Assembly: GCA_965205675.1 (NCBI GenBank)
Contig: OZ242186.1
Location: 832,001-896,000, forward strand
Length of the DNA: 64,000 nt
DNA from: Nitrosopumilus sp.
Lineage (GTDB): Archaea; Thermoproteota; Nitrososphaeria; Nitrososphaerales; Nitrosopumilaceae
Direction of reading: 5' to 3'
A program made the translations under genes and the position numbers. Position 1 is the first letter of the stretch; each line of letters starts with the position of its first letter. Below are positions 1-10,201 of this stretch, in pieces. Below the pieces are notes generated by a model. The model was not told where the DNA came from and made no database searches. It saw only the letters and a list, made by a program, of their open reading frames with translations.

Positions 1-402
1 ATTGCAAATATTATTACAACTGATTTGATGGGCCTAGTTGATACTAGAGAAAAACGTGAATTATCAAAATTAACATCTACACATCTAAAAGAATTAGCTG
101 ATTCCATACAATCTGATAAAATATCTAGAAATTCTTCAAAAAAGGCTTTACATGAGATTTTAAAAACTGGAAAAGACTTATCCACTGTAATATCCGAATT
201 AGATCTGGGTAATGTCTCTGATGAATCACAACTATCTGAAATTATCTCTCAAGTCATTTCTGAGCAACCCCAAGCAGTAGAGCAGGCAAAAGTAAATCCA
301 CAAACAATTAACTATCTGGTCGGAAAAGTAATGCAAAAAACACGAGGCAAAGCTGATCCTACATTAACGTTAGATTTATTGAAAAAACAAATTGGTATCT
401 GA
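1..402 (+). CDS. gatB: Asp/Glu-tRNA amidotransferase subunit B, C-terminal part (5'-truncated by window edge)
   Basis: Frame open from base 1; GatB/YqeY tail motif INYLVGKVMQKTRGKADP. Confidence 0.9.
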   Translation: MANIITTDLMGLVDTREKRELSKLTSTHLKELADSIQSDKISRNSSKKALHEILKTGKDLSTVISELDLGNVSDESQLSEIISQVISEQPQAVEQAKVNPQTINYLVGKVMQKTRGKADPTLTLDLLKKQIGI

Positions 403-665
403 TGTCTGATATTTCATTAGAGGCTGTAGAATTTATCAAAATTTTGGCAAATACTGATTCAACAATACTTGAGGCAGGGATGAATGATGCAACTAAACAT
501 AGATTAGATGGTGAAATAGGCGTGATTTTGAGGGAATATTATCGTGAAAATACATTAAATCTTGGAACTAAATGGACTGAGAAACTACTTGAATTTGGAA
601 TTGATGAAGATACAGGCAAAGCTGCCATTGCGTGTGCAAGACGTCTTGGCATCGATATTTTATAA
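402..665 (+). CDS. Hypothetical protein (87 aa)
   Basis: ORF abutting the gatB stop (TGATG); core-like codon usage. Confidence 0.7.
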   Translation: MSDISLEAVEFIKILANTDSTILEAGMNDATKHRLDGEIGVILREYYRENTLNLGTKWTEKLLEFGIDEDTGKAAIACARRLGIDIL

Positions 666-706
666 CCAAAAATCTTTTACCTTTCTAAAATTTAAAAAAT
701 TAAAGA

Positions 707-2632
707 TTGTCTGATTTTGAATTTATTCCTAATGATGCTCAAATTACAGAATCTAACATTTACAAATTTATGCAAAAATGTAATGTTTCATCTTTGCATG
801 AATTGTCTAAAAAAGCAAATGAAAATTTGGAATGGTTTTGGGAATCTGTCGAAAAAGATATTGGCATAGTTTGGAATGAACCTTATGCAAAAACTTTGGA
901 TGTTTCAGAGGGCATACCTTGGTCTAAATGGTTCGTAGGTGGCAAAACAAACATCTACACTTCCTCTGTTCAAAGATTTTCTAAATCCACACCAAATAAA
1001 ATAGCATATCATTTTGTATCTGAGGATGGACATACTTCTAAGATTTCATACGGTGAATTAAATGACAAAGTTTGCAAGTTTGCAAATGGACTAAAATCAC
1101 TTGGAATTACTAAAGGTGACGTCGTTGCAATCTACTCCCCCATGATTGAAGAAGCAATTTTATTAATACTTGCAGCTGCAAAAATTGGTGCAATTCAAAC
1201 TGTAATTTTTTCTGGATATGGCACAGCAGCATTACATGTTAGATTAAAAGATTGTAATGCAAAATTACTTTTAATCACTGACGGATTTTATCGTAAAGGC
1301 AAACCTGTATCTCAGAAAATCTCTGTTGAAACTGCAATTAAAAATACGTCCATTGAAAAGATTGTTGTTGTATCATACAAAGGAGTTGATAAATATGTAG
1401 AATCTGATAAGATTATTTTTTATGATTCTTTGATTTCATTGCAGAATGATTCTTGTGATACAGAAATTCTTGATTCCGAAGATCCCTTGTTTATTTTGTA
1501 TACTTCAGGTACTACGGGTACCCCAAAGGGTATAGTTCACGCCCATGGTGGTTTTTCAGTATTTGCTGGTCATCAATCGGCATATCTTGTTGATATTCAG
1601 GCACAGGATACTCTCTTTTGGCCTGCAGATATTGGGTGGATTACTGGTTTAGTATGGAATGTTTATGGTTTATTGATGCTGGGGGCGACTGCTGTAATTT
1701 ATGACGGTGCATTAGATTTTCCAACATCTAAACGAATATGGGAGATACTGTCGCACTATAAAGCAACTATCTTTGGGATCTCTCCAACAGCTGTAAGATT
1801 ATTTAAAAAAAATAATGTAGAGCCTCTAAAATTATTTGCACTTGATCACATTAAGAACATTCCTACTACTGGGGAACCTCTTGATGAAGATTCTTGGTGG
1901 TGGCTGTTTGAAAAAGTTGGAAATAAAAAAATACCTATCATGAATTTATCTGGTGGGACTGAAATTGGTGGTGCAATGCTGTCTGTATTTCCTGGCATGA
2001 AACTAAAACCAACCACTGTTGGCATTCCAGTGCCGGGTATGAATCTGGATGTATTTGATGATGATCAAAACTCTGTTAAAGAAAAAAATGGTTACTTGGT
2101 AATAAAATCCCCTTGGCCTGCTATGACTAGAGGGCTATTAAATGATAAAACAAAGTACATTGAAACTTATTGGTCCCAATTTGATAATATCTGGCTTCAT
2201 GGAGATTATGTCTATGTCGACAATGATAATTTATGGTATATGCGTGGCAGAACAGATGATGTGATCAATGTATCTGGACATAGAATGAGTACTGCTGAAA
2301 TAGAACAGACTGTAATTTCTCATAAAAATATATCTGATGCAGCATCAATTGCAATACCTGATGATATAACTGGTGAGGCAGTTGTAATCTTTTTTGTATC
2401 TGATGATAAAAATGAGATGATTTCAGATTCTATAATTTCTGATTATGTGTCTAAAACTATTGGAAAGGTTGCAAAGCCTAAATTTATTTTTCAACTATCT
2501 GATCTTCCTAAAACTAGAACAGGAAAAATTATGCGTAGGTTGTTAAAATCAAAATTACTTGGAACCGAATTGGGGGATTTATCTTCACTTGAAAATCCTC
2601 ATATCTTAGATGAAATCCAAAAATTAGGTTGA
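707..2632 (+). CDS. acs: AMP-forming acetyl/acyl-CoA synthetase
   Basis: Adenylate-forming motifs YTSGTTGTPKG, GRTDDVINVSGHR, LPKTRTGKIMRR. Confidence 0.88.
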   Translation: MSDFEFIPNDAQITESNIYKFMQKCNVSSLHELSKKANENLEWFWESVEKDIGIVWNEPYAKTLDVSEGIPWSKWFVGGKTNIYTSSVQRFSKSTPNKIAYHFVSEDGHTSKISYGELNDKVCKFANGLKSLGITKGDVVAIYSPMIEEAILLILAAAKIGAIQTVIFSGYGTAALHVRLKDCNAKLLLITDGFYRKGKPVSQKISVETAIKNTSIEKIVVVSYKGVDKYVESDKIIFYDSLISLQNDSCDTEILDSEDPLFILYTSGTTGTPKGIVHAHGGFSVFAGHQSAYLVDIQAQDTLFWPADIGWITGLVWNVYGLLMLGATAVIYDGALDFPTSKRIWEILSHYKATIFGISPTAVRLFKKNNVEPLKLFALDHIKNIPTTGEPLDEDSWWWLFEKVGNKKIPIMNLSGGTEIGGAMLSVFPGMKLKPTTVGIPVPGMNLDVFDDDQNSVKEKNGYLVIKSPWPAMTRGLLNDKTKYIETYWSQFDNIWLHGDYVYVDNDNLWYMRGRTDDVINVSGHRMSTAEIEQTVISHKNISDAASIAIPDDITGEAVVIFFVSDDKNEMISDSIISDYVSKTIGKVAKPKFIFQLSDLPKTRTGKIMRRLLKSKLLGTELGDLSSLENPHILDEIQKLG

Positions 2633-2702
2633 ATAAATCTCACTCTTTGATATTTTCTATTTCACGTTTTATCTATAATCTCATTTGAAATAAGATAACT
2701 CA

Positions 2703-4055
2703 TTGAAATTTATAGTTGATCAGCAAGTAGAAGATATTGAGATGCCTGAGAATCTCAAATTAAACACGTTTTTGCAAGAATTTCACTCTGATTGTCTTCA
2801 CACTGAATGTAATTTTGGATTTTATGGATTTGCATTTGGCCAATCGCCATTTCCAGTACCTAAAATGATCCAAAATGCACTGATAAAAAATGCGGACAAG
2901 GGCGAATATGCTGCTGTTCCTGGCATTCCAGAGTTACGTGATGCCATTTCAAGATACAACAAATATTATTTTAAAATAGACATAGCTCCTCAAAGAATCT
3001 ATGTTGGTCCGGGAACCAAAGAATTAATTTTTAATCTTTTAGAGATCTTACACGGTACTGTAATTTTACCTACACCTGCATGGTTAGGCTATCTTCCACA
3101 AATTAGATTCTTGAAAAAAAATTATCATATGTTGCCTACTCGCGCAAATAAAAAAATTTCTCCACAAGATCTACGAAAGTTAGCATTAAGATTACAAGAC
3201 AGGCAGAAAATTTTAATACTAAATAACCCTCACAACCCCACTGGTCTATTATACGATAAACTAGAATTAGAAGAAATTGCTGATGTGTGCAGAGAGCAAG
3301 ACATTACTGTAATTTCTGATGAAATCTATGCCTTGACAACATATGATTTTTCTAAATTTGTCAGTATGGGAAAAATTTACCCTGAAGGAACTTTTGTTAC
3401 TAACGGACTATCAAAATCACACGCATCTGGCGGTTATAGACTGGGCTATGTTATTTTTCCACAACATGCTGTAGATCTTAAATTACAGTTTAAAAAAATT
3501 CTTGCAACTGAATATACAGCAGTGTCTACTCCAATCCAACATGCTGCAATTGCAGGATTTGAAATAAGCAAAGACATGGATGAGTATTTCAATACAACTC
3601 GTAATATTCATCAGATGATGGGAGAATACACATATCATACATTAACTGCAATAGAAGGTGTCAAAACTACCAAACCTGAAGCAACTTTCTACTTGCTAGC
3701 TGATTTTAACGCATTTGCAAGTGATTTACAAGATGCAAAAATTACCACATCGCAAAAATTATCTGAATCTCTCATAGTTCATCCATACCATATTGCAATT
3801 GTAGGTGGGGATAGTCTGGTTTTAGAGCGAACTGATTTTAGTGCCAGAATTGCTTATATTGATTATGATGGATCTCAAGTATATCAAAAATATCTTCAAG
3901 AACGACCCAAATCATCTTCTGAAAAAACTGAATTTGTAAAAAATTATGCCCCCAAAGTGGTAGCCGGTTTAGATATGCTTGCAGAATTTTTTAGCAATCT
4001 GCAAAAGAATAATCTTTCTGAATTACAATCTAAGCGTTTTATGGCTACTAATTAA
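2703..4055 (+). CDS. PLP-dependent aminotransferase class I/II (aspartate aminotransferase-like)
   Basis: NNPHNPTG, SDEIY and GLSKSHASGGYRLGY motifs. Confidence 0.88.
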   Translation: MKFIVDQQVEDIEMPENLKLNTFLQEFHSDCLHTECNFGFYGFAFGQSPFPVPKMIQNALIKNADKGEYAAVPGIPELRDAISRYNKYYFKIDIAPQRIYVGPGTKELIFNLLEILHGTVILPTPAWLGYLPQIRFLKKNYHMLPTRANKKISPQDLRKLALRLQDRQKILILNNPHNPTGLLYDKLELEEIADVCREQDITVISDEIYALTTYDFSKFVSMGKIYPEGTFVTNGLSKSHASGGYRLGYVIFPQHAVDLKLQFKKILATEYTAVSTPIQHAAIAGFEISKDMDEYFNTTRNIHQMMGEYTYHTLTAIEGVKTTKPEATFYLLADFNAFASDLQDAKITTSQKLSESLIVHPYHIAIVGGDSLVLERTDFSARIAYIDYDGSQVYQKYLQERPKSSSEKTEFVKNYAPKVVAGLDMLAEFFSNLQKNNLSELQSKRFMATN

Positions 4056-4075
4056 GCTAATTTTGATTTTAATAG

Positions 4076-4870
4076 TCAGTACTCTTCTAAACTAATTTCT
4101 CCTTTGGCTGGCAGTGTTTGAAGAATTTCTTTTCGATTTGAACTTGTTACTGGTTTGATGATTTCTATATGTGGGATTGTCCAGATTGTTGTAAGCTAGG
4201 GATATGATAAAATTAATTAAATTTTGTGAATGCTTAATTGCAGATCTCAAAAAAACTTGTTTTATTCTACAAAATGTAAATGCTGTTCAGTTTATGAACT
4301 GCTTATTATTTCAGAGATAAGACTTTCCATCGTTGTCTATTGGGAATTTATACAAAACCCTCCAAGAACAAGATATTATTAATACTCTAATATTTTTTAT
4401 CCATCCAACACATGTAGAAAAGATGATTGTATGATTTTTTTCTTTCAGCAATCTTGACATATTTTATTAACTTGCCAAGATTTACAGATGTGTGAGACCT
4501 TGAGCATGGTCAGTTTTTATTTTTGACTAGTCTTTCAAATTATCCAACTTGCAAGACTAGTTGAGAATATCTTATATCTCCCAACATATGATGATAAATC
4601 CCTCTAACATTTTAGCAATAAGAAACATTTGAGATTAATTACTCTGATAAAGCAAATCTCCATACTCCGCTGCCAGACCAACTAGCATGCAATGTCTGAA
4701 TATTTTATAGTAACCTGATTCAAGCCTGATGTTGTAAATTATACATTTAGAAATTCTGCAAAAATATTCATAAACTTTTGATCATCAGGCACACTGTAAA
4801 GTCAATTCAAAAAGGGGAAATTCTTGCCATCTTTGATAGTTTCTTAGAGAATTCTGGACTATTTCCCATT
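4076..4870 (-). pseudogene. Probable heavily eroded gene of unknown identity
   Basis: ~850 bp without a long ORF in an otherwise gene-dense region; minus strand gives short protein-like fragments broken by stops. Confidence 0.25.
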
Positions 4871-4902
4871 CTTTAAATCACTATTTCAGTTTTCTTTAGT
4901 TT

Positions 4903-5859
4903 ATGCTTGTACAACAATCCTCTGAACTTAAAGAAGAGATCATGCGACTCAAAAAAGAAAAAGATGTGGTAATTCTAGCACATAATTATCAAATTCCTGA
5001 TGTACAAGATGTAGCTGATTTTACAGGTGATTCTCTTGGATTGTCTAGAAAAGCCGCAACAGTTCCTCAAAAAACAATTCTATTTTGTGGCGTAAATTTT
5101 ATGGCAGAAACTGCAGCAATCATCAGCCCTCAAAAAAAAGTCCTACTTCCAGATTTAGAAGCTGGATGTTCATTATCGGATTCCATCACTGTGGATGAAT
5201 TAAGAAATTGGAAAAAACAACATCCAAATGCAATTACAGTTGGATATGTAAACACTACTGCAGAAATTAAAGCAGAGCTTGATTATTGTTGTACTTCATC
5301 TAATGCTATAAACGTTGTAAAGGCAATTTCTGATGAGAAAGAAATTTTATTTTTACCTGACATGTTTTTGGGATCGTATGTAGCAAAAATGACTGGAAGA
5401 AAAAATATGTATATCTGGGCAGGTGAATGCCATGTACATGCAGGAATTACTCCTGAAGATGTAACAAAAAAATTAGAATCTATGCAAGATACAGAATTTG
5501 TAATTCATCCTGAATGTAGCTGTACTACTCCAATGATGTATGATGTTGCAGATGGATGTTATGATGATAAAAAAGTTTCAATACTTTCTACTGAAGGAAT
5601 GCTAAATCATGTGAATGAATCAAAATCAAAAAATTTTGTTGTTGCCACCGAAACTGGAATACTTTATCGTATGAGACAACAAAACCCTGAAAAAACATTC
5701 ATTCCTGCATCTGAAAAGGCAGAATGTCAATATATGAAAATGATCACACTTGAAAAAGTATATGATACATTGATAAATGAAAAAAATGTTGTCAAAGTCC
5801 CTAAAGACATTGCAGATAAAGCTCGTTTAGCAATTGATAGAATGCTTGCAATCAGCTAA
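4903..5859 (+). CDS. nadA: Quinolinate synthase A
   Basis: ILAHNYQ, GDSLGLS, FCGVNFMAETA, HPEC and CQYMKMIT motifs. Confidence 0.95.
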   Translation: MLVQQSSELKEEIMRLKKEKDVVILAHNYQIPDVQDVADFTGDSLGLSRKAATVPQKTILFCGVNFMAETAAIISPQKKVLLPDLEAGCSLSDSITVDELRNWKKQHPNAITVGYVNTTAEIKAELDYCCTSSNAINVVKAISDEKEILFLPDMFLGSYVAKMTGRKNMYIWAGECHVHAGITPEDVTKKLESMQDTEFVIHPECSCTTPMMYDVADGCYDDKKVSILSTEGMLNHVNESKSKNFVVATETGILYRMRQQNPEKTFIPASEKAECQYMKMITLEKVYDTLINEKNVVKVPKDIADKARLAIDRMLAIS

Positions 5860-5870
5860 CCTATCTAATT

Positions 5871-6263
5871 ATGACTGGATTATTTTCACGAGGATCTAAA
5901 GACCCTCAATTAAAACAAAATACTCAAAAATTAAAAGAAATCAAAAAACTTGTTAAAGAAAAAAAATACACTGAGGCTTTAAAATCTGGCACAGATTATC
6001 TGCGAAAAGTTCCCCACAATCATGATGTTTTATTCACTGTCGGAGGAATTTACTATCTGAAAAATAAACATAGGATAGCTATCTCATATTTTGAAAAAGC
6101 ACTTCAGATTGGCACTTATGATATTGACGTGTTATTCTTGAAAGCTTACTCTCACCAAAAATTAGGAGAAAATAAACGAGCTATACAGTGTTGTGAAAAA
6201 ATTAAAGAAATAGATCCTAAAAATAAGGCATTGTCTAATTTGCTAGATGAGTTAAATTCTTAA
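5871..6263 (+). CDS. Tetratricopeptide repeat protein
   Basis: TPR-like helices (AISYFEKALQI; AIQCCEKIKEIDPKN). Confidence 0.8.
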   Translation: MTGLFSRGSKDPQLKQNTQKLKEIKKLVKEKKYTEALKSGTDYLRKVPHNHDVLFTVGGIYYLKNKHRIAISYFEKALQIGTYDIDVLFLKAYSHQKLGENKRAIQCCEKIKEIDPKNKALSNLLDELNS

Positions 6264-7075
6264 ATCTCTAAACTCATATCGATACCTTTAACCGCATTTG
6301 TAATGCTTCCTACAGAAATAATGTCTACTCCTGTTTGAGCATATTTTGAAATATTTTCAGAGTTAATTCCACCTGATGCTTCAAGCATGACCTTGTCTCT
6401 TAGTCTTTGATTTTTCAAAACTTGGATTGTTTTTTTGATCTGTGTTGGGGTAAAGTTATCTAGCATAATTATTGCTGCCCCTTCTTTTGCAGATAATACG
6501 GCATCTGTTGTGTTTTCAACTTCAACTTCAAATTTTTTATGTTTTTTCCTTGTTTTTTTAATTAAAGATAATAATGAATTTTCGATTGCGATATGATTAT
6601 CTTTGATCATAACCATTTCGTCTAGTCTGAGTCGATGTTTTTTACCTCCTCCAATTTCTACTGCTTCTTTATCAAAATATCTTAGTCCTGGAGCTGTTTT
6701 TCTTGTAGCATACAATTTTGTTTTCTTTGGAATTTTTTTCACAAGAGTATCTGTTTGGGTTGCTATTCCGCTCATTCTTGTTAATAGATTGAGCGCTGTT
6801 CTCTCACAAGTTAAGATATTCCCTGCATTTCCTGTAATTGTCATTATGATTTGATTTGCTTTTACTTTTGAACCATCCTTTTTCAATATTCTGGAATTGC
6901 TTCCTTTGATTTTAAAAATCATTTTTGCATGTGATGTTCCTGCAACAATGGCATTTTCTCTGGAGATAATTTTCACTGAAATTTTTTTCTTAGTTAAAAG
7001 ATTACTTGTAATGTCTCCTTTCCCAATATCCTCTGCAAGGAATTGTGATAACTGTTTTTTTAAATTAAATATCAA
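6260..7075 (-). CDS. nadC: Quinolinate phosphoribosyltransferase
   Basis: EDIGKGDITS, ERTALNLL, TRKTAPGLR, MIKDNH, IMLDNF, EASGGI. Confidence 0.95.
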   Translation of the reverse strand: MIFNLKKQLSQFLAEDIGKGDITSNLLTKKKISVKIISRENAIVAGTSHAKMIFKIKGSNSRILKKDGSKVKANQIIMTITGNAGNILTCERTALNLLTRMSGIATQTDTLVKKIPKKTKLYATRKTAPGLRYFDKEAVEIGGGKKHRLRLDEMVMIKDNHIAIENSLLSLIKKTRKKHKKFEVEVENTTDAVLSAKEGAAIIMLDNFTPTQIKKTIQVLKNQRLRDKVMLEASGGINSENISKYAQTGVDIISVGSITNAVKGIDMSLEI

Positions 7076-7110
7076 TATAATGATGAAATGTTAATGTAAT
7101 TTTAAATATT

Positions 7111-7299
7111 TTATGTCACTTTAATTGCATATTTGCCCTTTTGAGTAATGCCTAATGTTTTTGAGATCTCTGAGTTTGTTGGATCAACTACTAACACAAT
7201 CCCATTCCAATCTGGTGTCAAGTCTGATGATTTGCAATTTGGACATACCTTTAGTGTTGTAACATGTTTACATTTACGGCATGCCATTTCTCGTGCCAT
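7111..7299 (-). CDS. spt4: Transcription elongation factor Spt4 (RpoE'')
   Basis: ACRKC...CPNC Zn ribbon, W-x-G and GKYAIKV; follows rpo7. Confidence 0.92.
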   Translation of the reverse strand: MAREMACRKCKHVTTLKVCPNCKSSDLTPDWNGIVLVVDPTNSEISKTLGITQKGKYAIKVT

Positions 7300-7301
7300 T
7301 T

Positions 7302-7886
7302 CTAACTTGCCTCTATTACGGACTCGTCTTTGCCGCCATCAGCTTTCTTTATCTCTTCTACAATCCAATCGTCTGCACCAAGGAATGGTTGCCTGCATGT
7401 AATTCCAATTTTGCCCATTGCAGCGGCTTTACCTAATGACACTGCAGTGATTCTTGCACGAAGTGTGGAGCCAACTTTAAGTGTCCTGCCACTCTGATTT
7501 GCTAAAATCATTCCGGATTTAACATCACTCTTGAGATAATCATCCATAACTTGTGATAAGTGAAGTAATGCATCAGTTGGACCGATTCTTACAAATGCTC
7601 CAAAGTCTGTAATGTCTACAATTTCCCCTTGAACAATTTCTTGTAATTTTGGATAAAATGTTAAAGCTTCAAATTCAACTTTGTGAAATGTTCCACCGTC
7701 TCCTGCAATCATCTTTCCCATTTCGTCAACTTTGGCATCTAAAATCATGATGATATATCCTAAATCTGCATTAATCATACTTTCATATTTTTCTTTGAGA
7801 ATATTCAATGCCGCCTTTTTGAGGGTAGTTCCAAACAAGCTTGGAGGAATCCTAACAACATCAACTAGGGTGGATATAGAAAACAA
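7302..7886 (-). CDS. rpoE: DNA-directed RNA polymerase subunit Rpo7 (E')
   Basis: VRIPP N-terminus, S1 domain FGAFVRIGPTDALLHLSQ, C-terminal RQPFLG. Confidence 0.95.
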   Translation of the reverse strand: MFSISTLVDVVRIPPSLFGTTLKKAALNILKEKYESMINADLGYIIMILDAKVDEMGKMIAGDGGTFHKVEFEALTFYPKLQEIVQGEIVDITDFGAFVRIGPTDALLHLSQVMDDYLKSDVKSGMILANQSGRTLKVGSTLRARITAVSLGKAAAMGKIGITCRQPFLGADDWIVEEIKKADGGKDESVIEAS

Positions 7887-8035
7887 ATGTACAGTTTTTC
7901 TCGAATTTCAATTTATGAATGTTTAGGTATTTTTAGGCTTGAAAACCTAAAGATTTCTCTTATTTTTTTAAGTAAATGCCAATTTCTTTTGATCTCAACT
8001 TATGTTTAAATAAAGCAGACTGACTTTTTGACGCA

Positions 8036-9148
8036 ATGGTTGGAATCGATCAAGTTCTTGAAAAACTTAGTACTGTAATTGATCCTGATTTGAAAAAAGA
8101 TATCGTATCTATGGGTATGATTAAAGATTTAGAACTTGATGATGGCAATCTCAAATTTACTTTAGAATTAACAACTCCTGCATGTCCTTTCAATGTCGAA
8201 ATTGAAGATGATGTCCGAAAAGCAATTGCTGAAATTTCTGACTTGAAGAATTTTGATTTGAATGTAACTGCCAAGGTAATGGAAGGGCGTTCTCTTGAGG
8301 ATGATACTGGAATGGCAACTGTCAAAAATATCATTGGTGTTGCAAGTGGAAAAGGTGGTGTTGGAAAATCTACCGTTTCTTTAAACTTGGCTCTTGCACT
8401 ATCTCAATCAGGGGCCAAAGTTGGTTTACTTGATGCAGATATTTACGGTCCCAGCATTCCATTGATGCTTGGAATGAAAGATGGATTTATGGAAGTTGAA
8501 GATAATAAACTACAACCTGCTAATTCAAATGGATTAAAAGTTGTTTCATTTGGTTTCTTTGCTGACCAATCAAACCAAGCTGCAATCTATCGGGGTCCTA
8601 TTATTTCTGGTATATTGAAACAATTTCTAGTTGACACTAATTGGTCTGAGCTAGATTATCTTATTGTAGATCTTCCTCCTGGAACTGGGGATATTCCATT
8701 AACTCTTGCACAAACGATTCCCATCACTGGAATCCTTGTAGTAACAACCCCTCAAGATGTTGCAAGTGATGTTGCAGTCAAAGCAGTTTCAATGTTTGAA
8801 AAATTAAACGTTCCAATTATTGGTGTTGTTGAAAACATGAGCCATTTTATTTGCCCTAATTGTAATGACAAACATTACGTATTTGGTGAAGGTGGTGCAA
8901 AGAAAATTAGTGAAAGATTCCACATGCCTTTCTTAGGTGAGATTCCACTAAATTCTGGAATTATGTCTGGTTCTGATTTAGGTAAACCAATTATGATTAC
9001 AAATCCTGATTCCCCAAGTGCAGATGCTTTTAGAGTGAGTGCAAAAAATATTGCAGCACAGTGTAGCATACTTGCAGCCAAACTTCAAGATGAAATTGCA
9101 TCTGAAGATTCTGGTGAAGAATCTACACCTGAGCCAAGTGTTAATTAA
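8036..9148 (+). CDS. mrp: Mrp/NBP35 (ApbC) Fe-S cluster carrier ATPase with N-terminal DUF59 domain
   Basis: LTTPACP, SGKGGVGKST, DADIYGPS, DLPPGTGD, ENMS..CPNC. Confidence 0.93.
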   Translation: MVGIDQVLEKLSTVIDPDLKKDIVSMGMIKDLELDDGNLKFTLELTTPACPFNVEIEDDVRKAIAEISDLKNFDLNVTAKVMEGRSLEDDTGMATVKNIIGVASGKGGVGKSTVSLNLALALSQSGAKVGLLDADIYGPSIPLMLGMKDGFMEVEDNKLQPANSNGLKVVSFGFFADQSNQAAIYRGPIISGILKQFLVDTNWSELDYLIVDLPPGTGDIPLTLAQTIPITGILVVTTPQDVASDVAVKAVSMFEKLNVPIIGVVENMSHFICPNCNDKHYVFGEGGAKKISERFHMPFLGEIPLNSGIMSGSDLGKPIMITNPDSPSADAFRVSAKNIAAQCSILAAKLQDEIASEDSGEESTPEPSVN

Positions 9149-9159
9149 TTTAGATTTCT

Positions 9160-9654
9160 GTGAAATTACCTGATTCTTTAAGAAATCAATTGAAAATACC
9201 TCTGGGGGTATTGCTACCTAACAGACAAATTAACAAAAACAATATTGAGAAGTACCTATCAAAAGACTCGTACATAATCACTGTTGGTGATAGAACCACA
9301 GAAAAAATGATTAATTTTGGTTTGATTCCCTCATTACAAATTATTGATGGTCAAGAAAAACGAGAAAAACGAGAACCGCCAACATTAGAAAATGCCACAG
9401 AGTTAACTGTAGATAATCCTGCTGCAGAAATTACCTCTCAAAGCATCACTGTTATCAAAAAAGCATTTACATTGGAATCTCCAGTACGCCTTTTTGTAAA
9501 TGGCGAGGAGGATCTCTTGGTCCTTCCTGTATGTATTCATGCCCCTGATAATTCTATAGTTTTGTATGGTCAGCCACATGAAGGTTTGATAATAGTCAAC
9601 ATCACTACCGAAATTAGAAATAAAGTACAAACACTACTTGATTTAATGAATTAA
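9160..9654 (+). CDS. GTP-dependent dephospho-CoA kinase (DUF359)
   Basis: TVGDRTT, NPAAEI, GEEDLLVLP and YGQP motifs. Confidence 0.85.
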   Translation: MKLPDSLRNQLKIPLGVLLPNRQINKNNIEKYLSKDSYIITVGDRTTEKMINFGLIPSLQIIDGQEKREKREPPTLENATELTVDNPAAEITSQSITVIKKAFTLESPVRLFVNGEEDLLVLPVCIHAPDNSIVLYGQPHEGLIIVNITTEIRNKVQTLLDLMN

Positions 9655-9656
9655 CT

Positions 9657-9715
9657 GGGGTGTGATGAGACGGTGGCTGTATGATTGATGATTACCTCAC
9701 TAAAACCTCTGACCC
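9657..9715 (+). ncRNA. Box C/D guide sRNA (predicted)
   Basis: Box C GTGATGA 9662-9668, D' ATGA 9681-9684, C' TTGATGA 9685-9691, box D CTGA 9709-9712, terminal GGG/CCC stem; directly after the DUF359 stop. Confidence 0.7.
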
Positions 9716-9806
9716 TATTAATTCATAATCTGCCAAATCAAAATACACCCAATCTAATACAACAATTGACATTTCAAGATAAACATAGATTTGAAGATGT
9801 ATTATT

Positions 9807-10184
9807 GTGAAACTTGATCCTGATCTTGCATTACAAATTTTAGAAAAAGTTGGCATTTACTCAAATCGTTTTTCTATTTCTGAACCTCAAACTCTATTAA
9901 CTACTAGAGATGTCTTAGATGCCCCAAAAGAAATGACTGAGGGCAGACGCACTTCTGCTTACAAGTATTATGGTGTATCTTATCTTCAACATAATCTCGT
10001 CTTCATTAATGTACGAAAAATACCTGACGAGAAAACTCTAGAAAATACAATCGTTCATGAATTGATCCATATGAGATTCCCGTACCTTGCACATGGAAAA
10101 CGATTCAACAAATTAGTTCGACAAGGACTTGGGGGAGGTATATTTCCTCCATATCGAAAAAGAAGTAAGATCACTACTATTTGA
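9807..10184 (+). CDS. Small HEXXH zinc metallopeptidase-like protein (SprT/DUF45-like)
   Basis: TIVHELIH...HGKRF motif. Confidence 0.7.
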   Translation: MKLDPDLALQILEKVGIYSNRFSISEPQTLLTTRDVLDAPKEMTEGRRTSAYKYYGVSYLQHNLVFINVRKIPDEKTLENTIVHELIHMRFPYLAHGKRFNKLVRQGLGGGIFPPYRKRSKITTI

Positions 10185-10201
10185 TTTATATTTACTAGGC
10201 T

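Noticed and set aside
2703-7075. Aminotransferase as a substitute for nadB/nadX in NAD synthesis
   Set aside because: Separated from nadA by 850 bp; the aspartate-oxidising gene may simply lie outside the window
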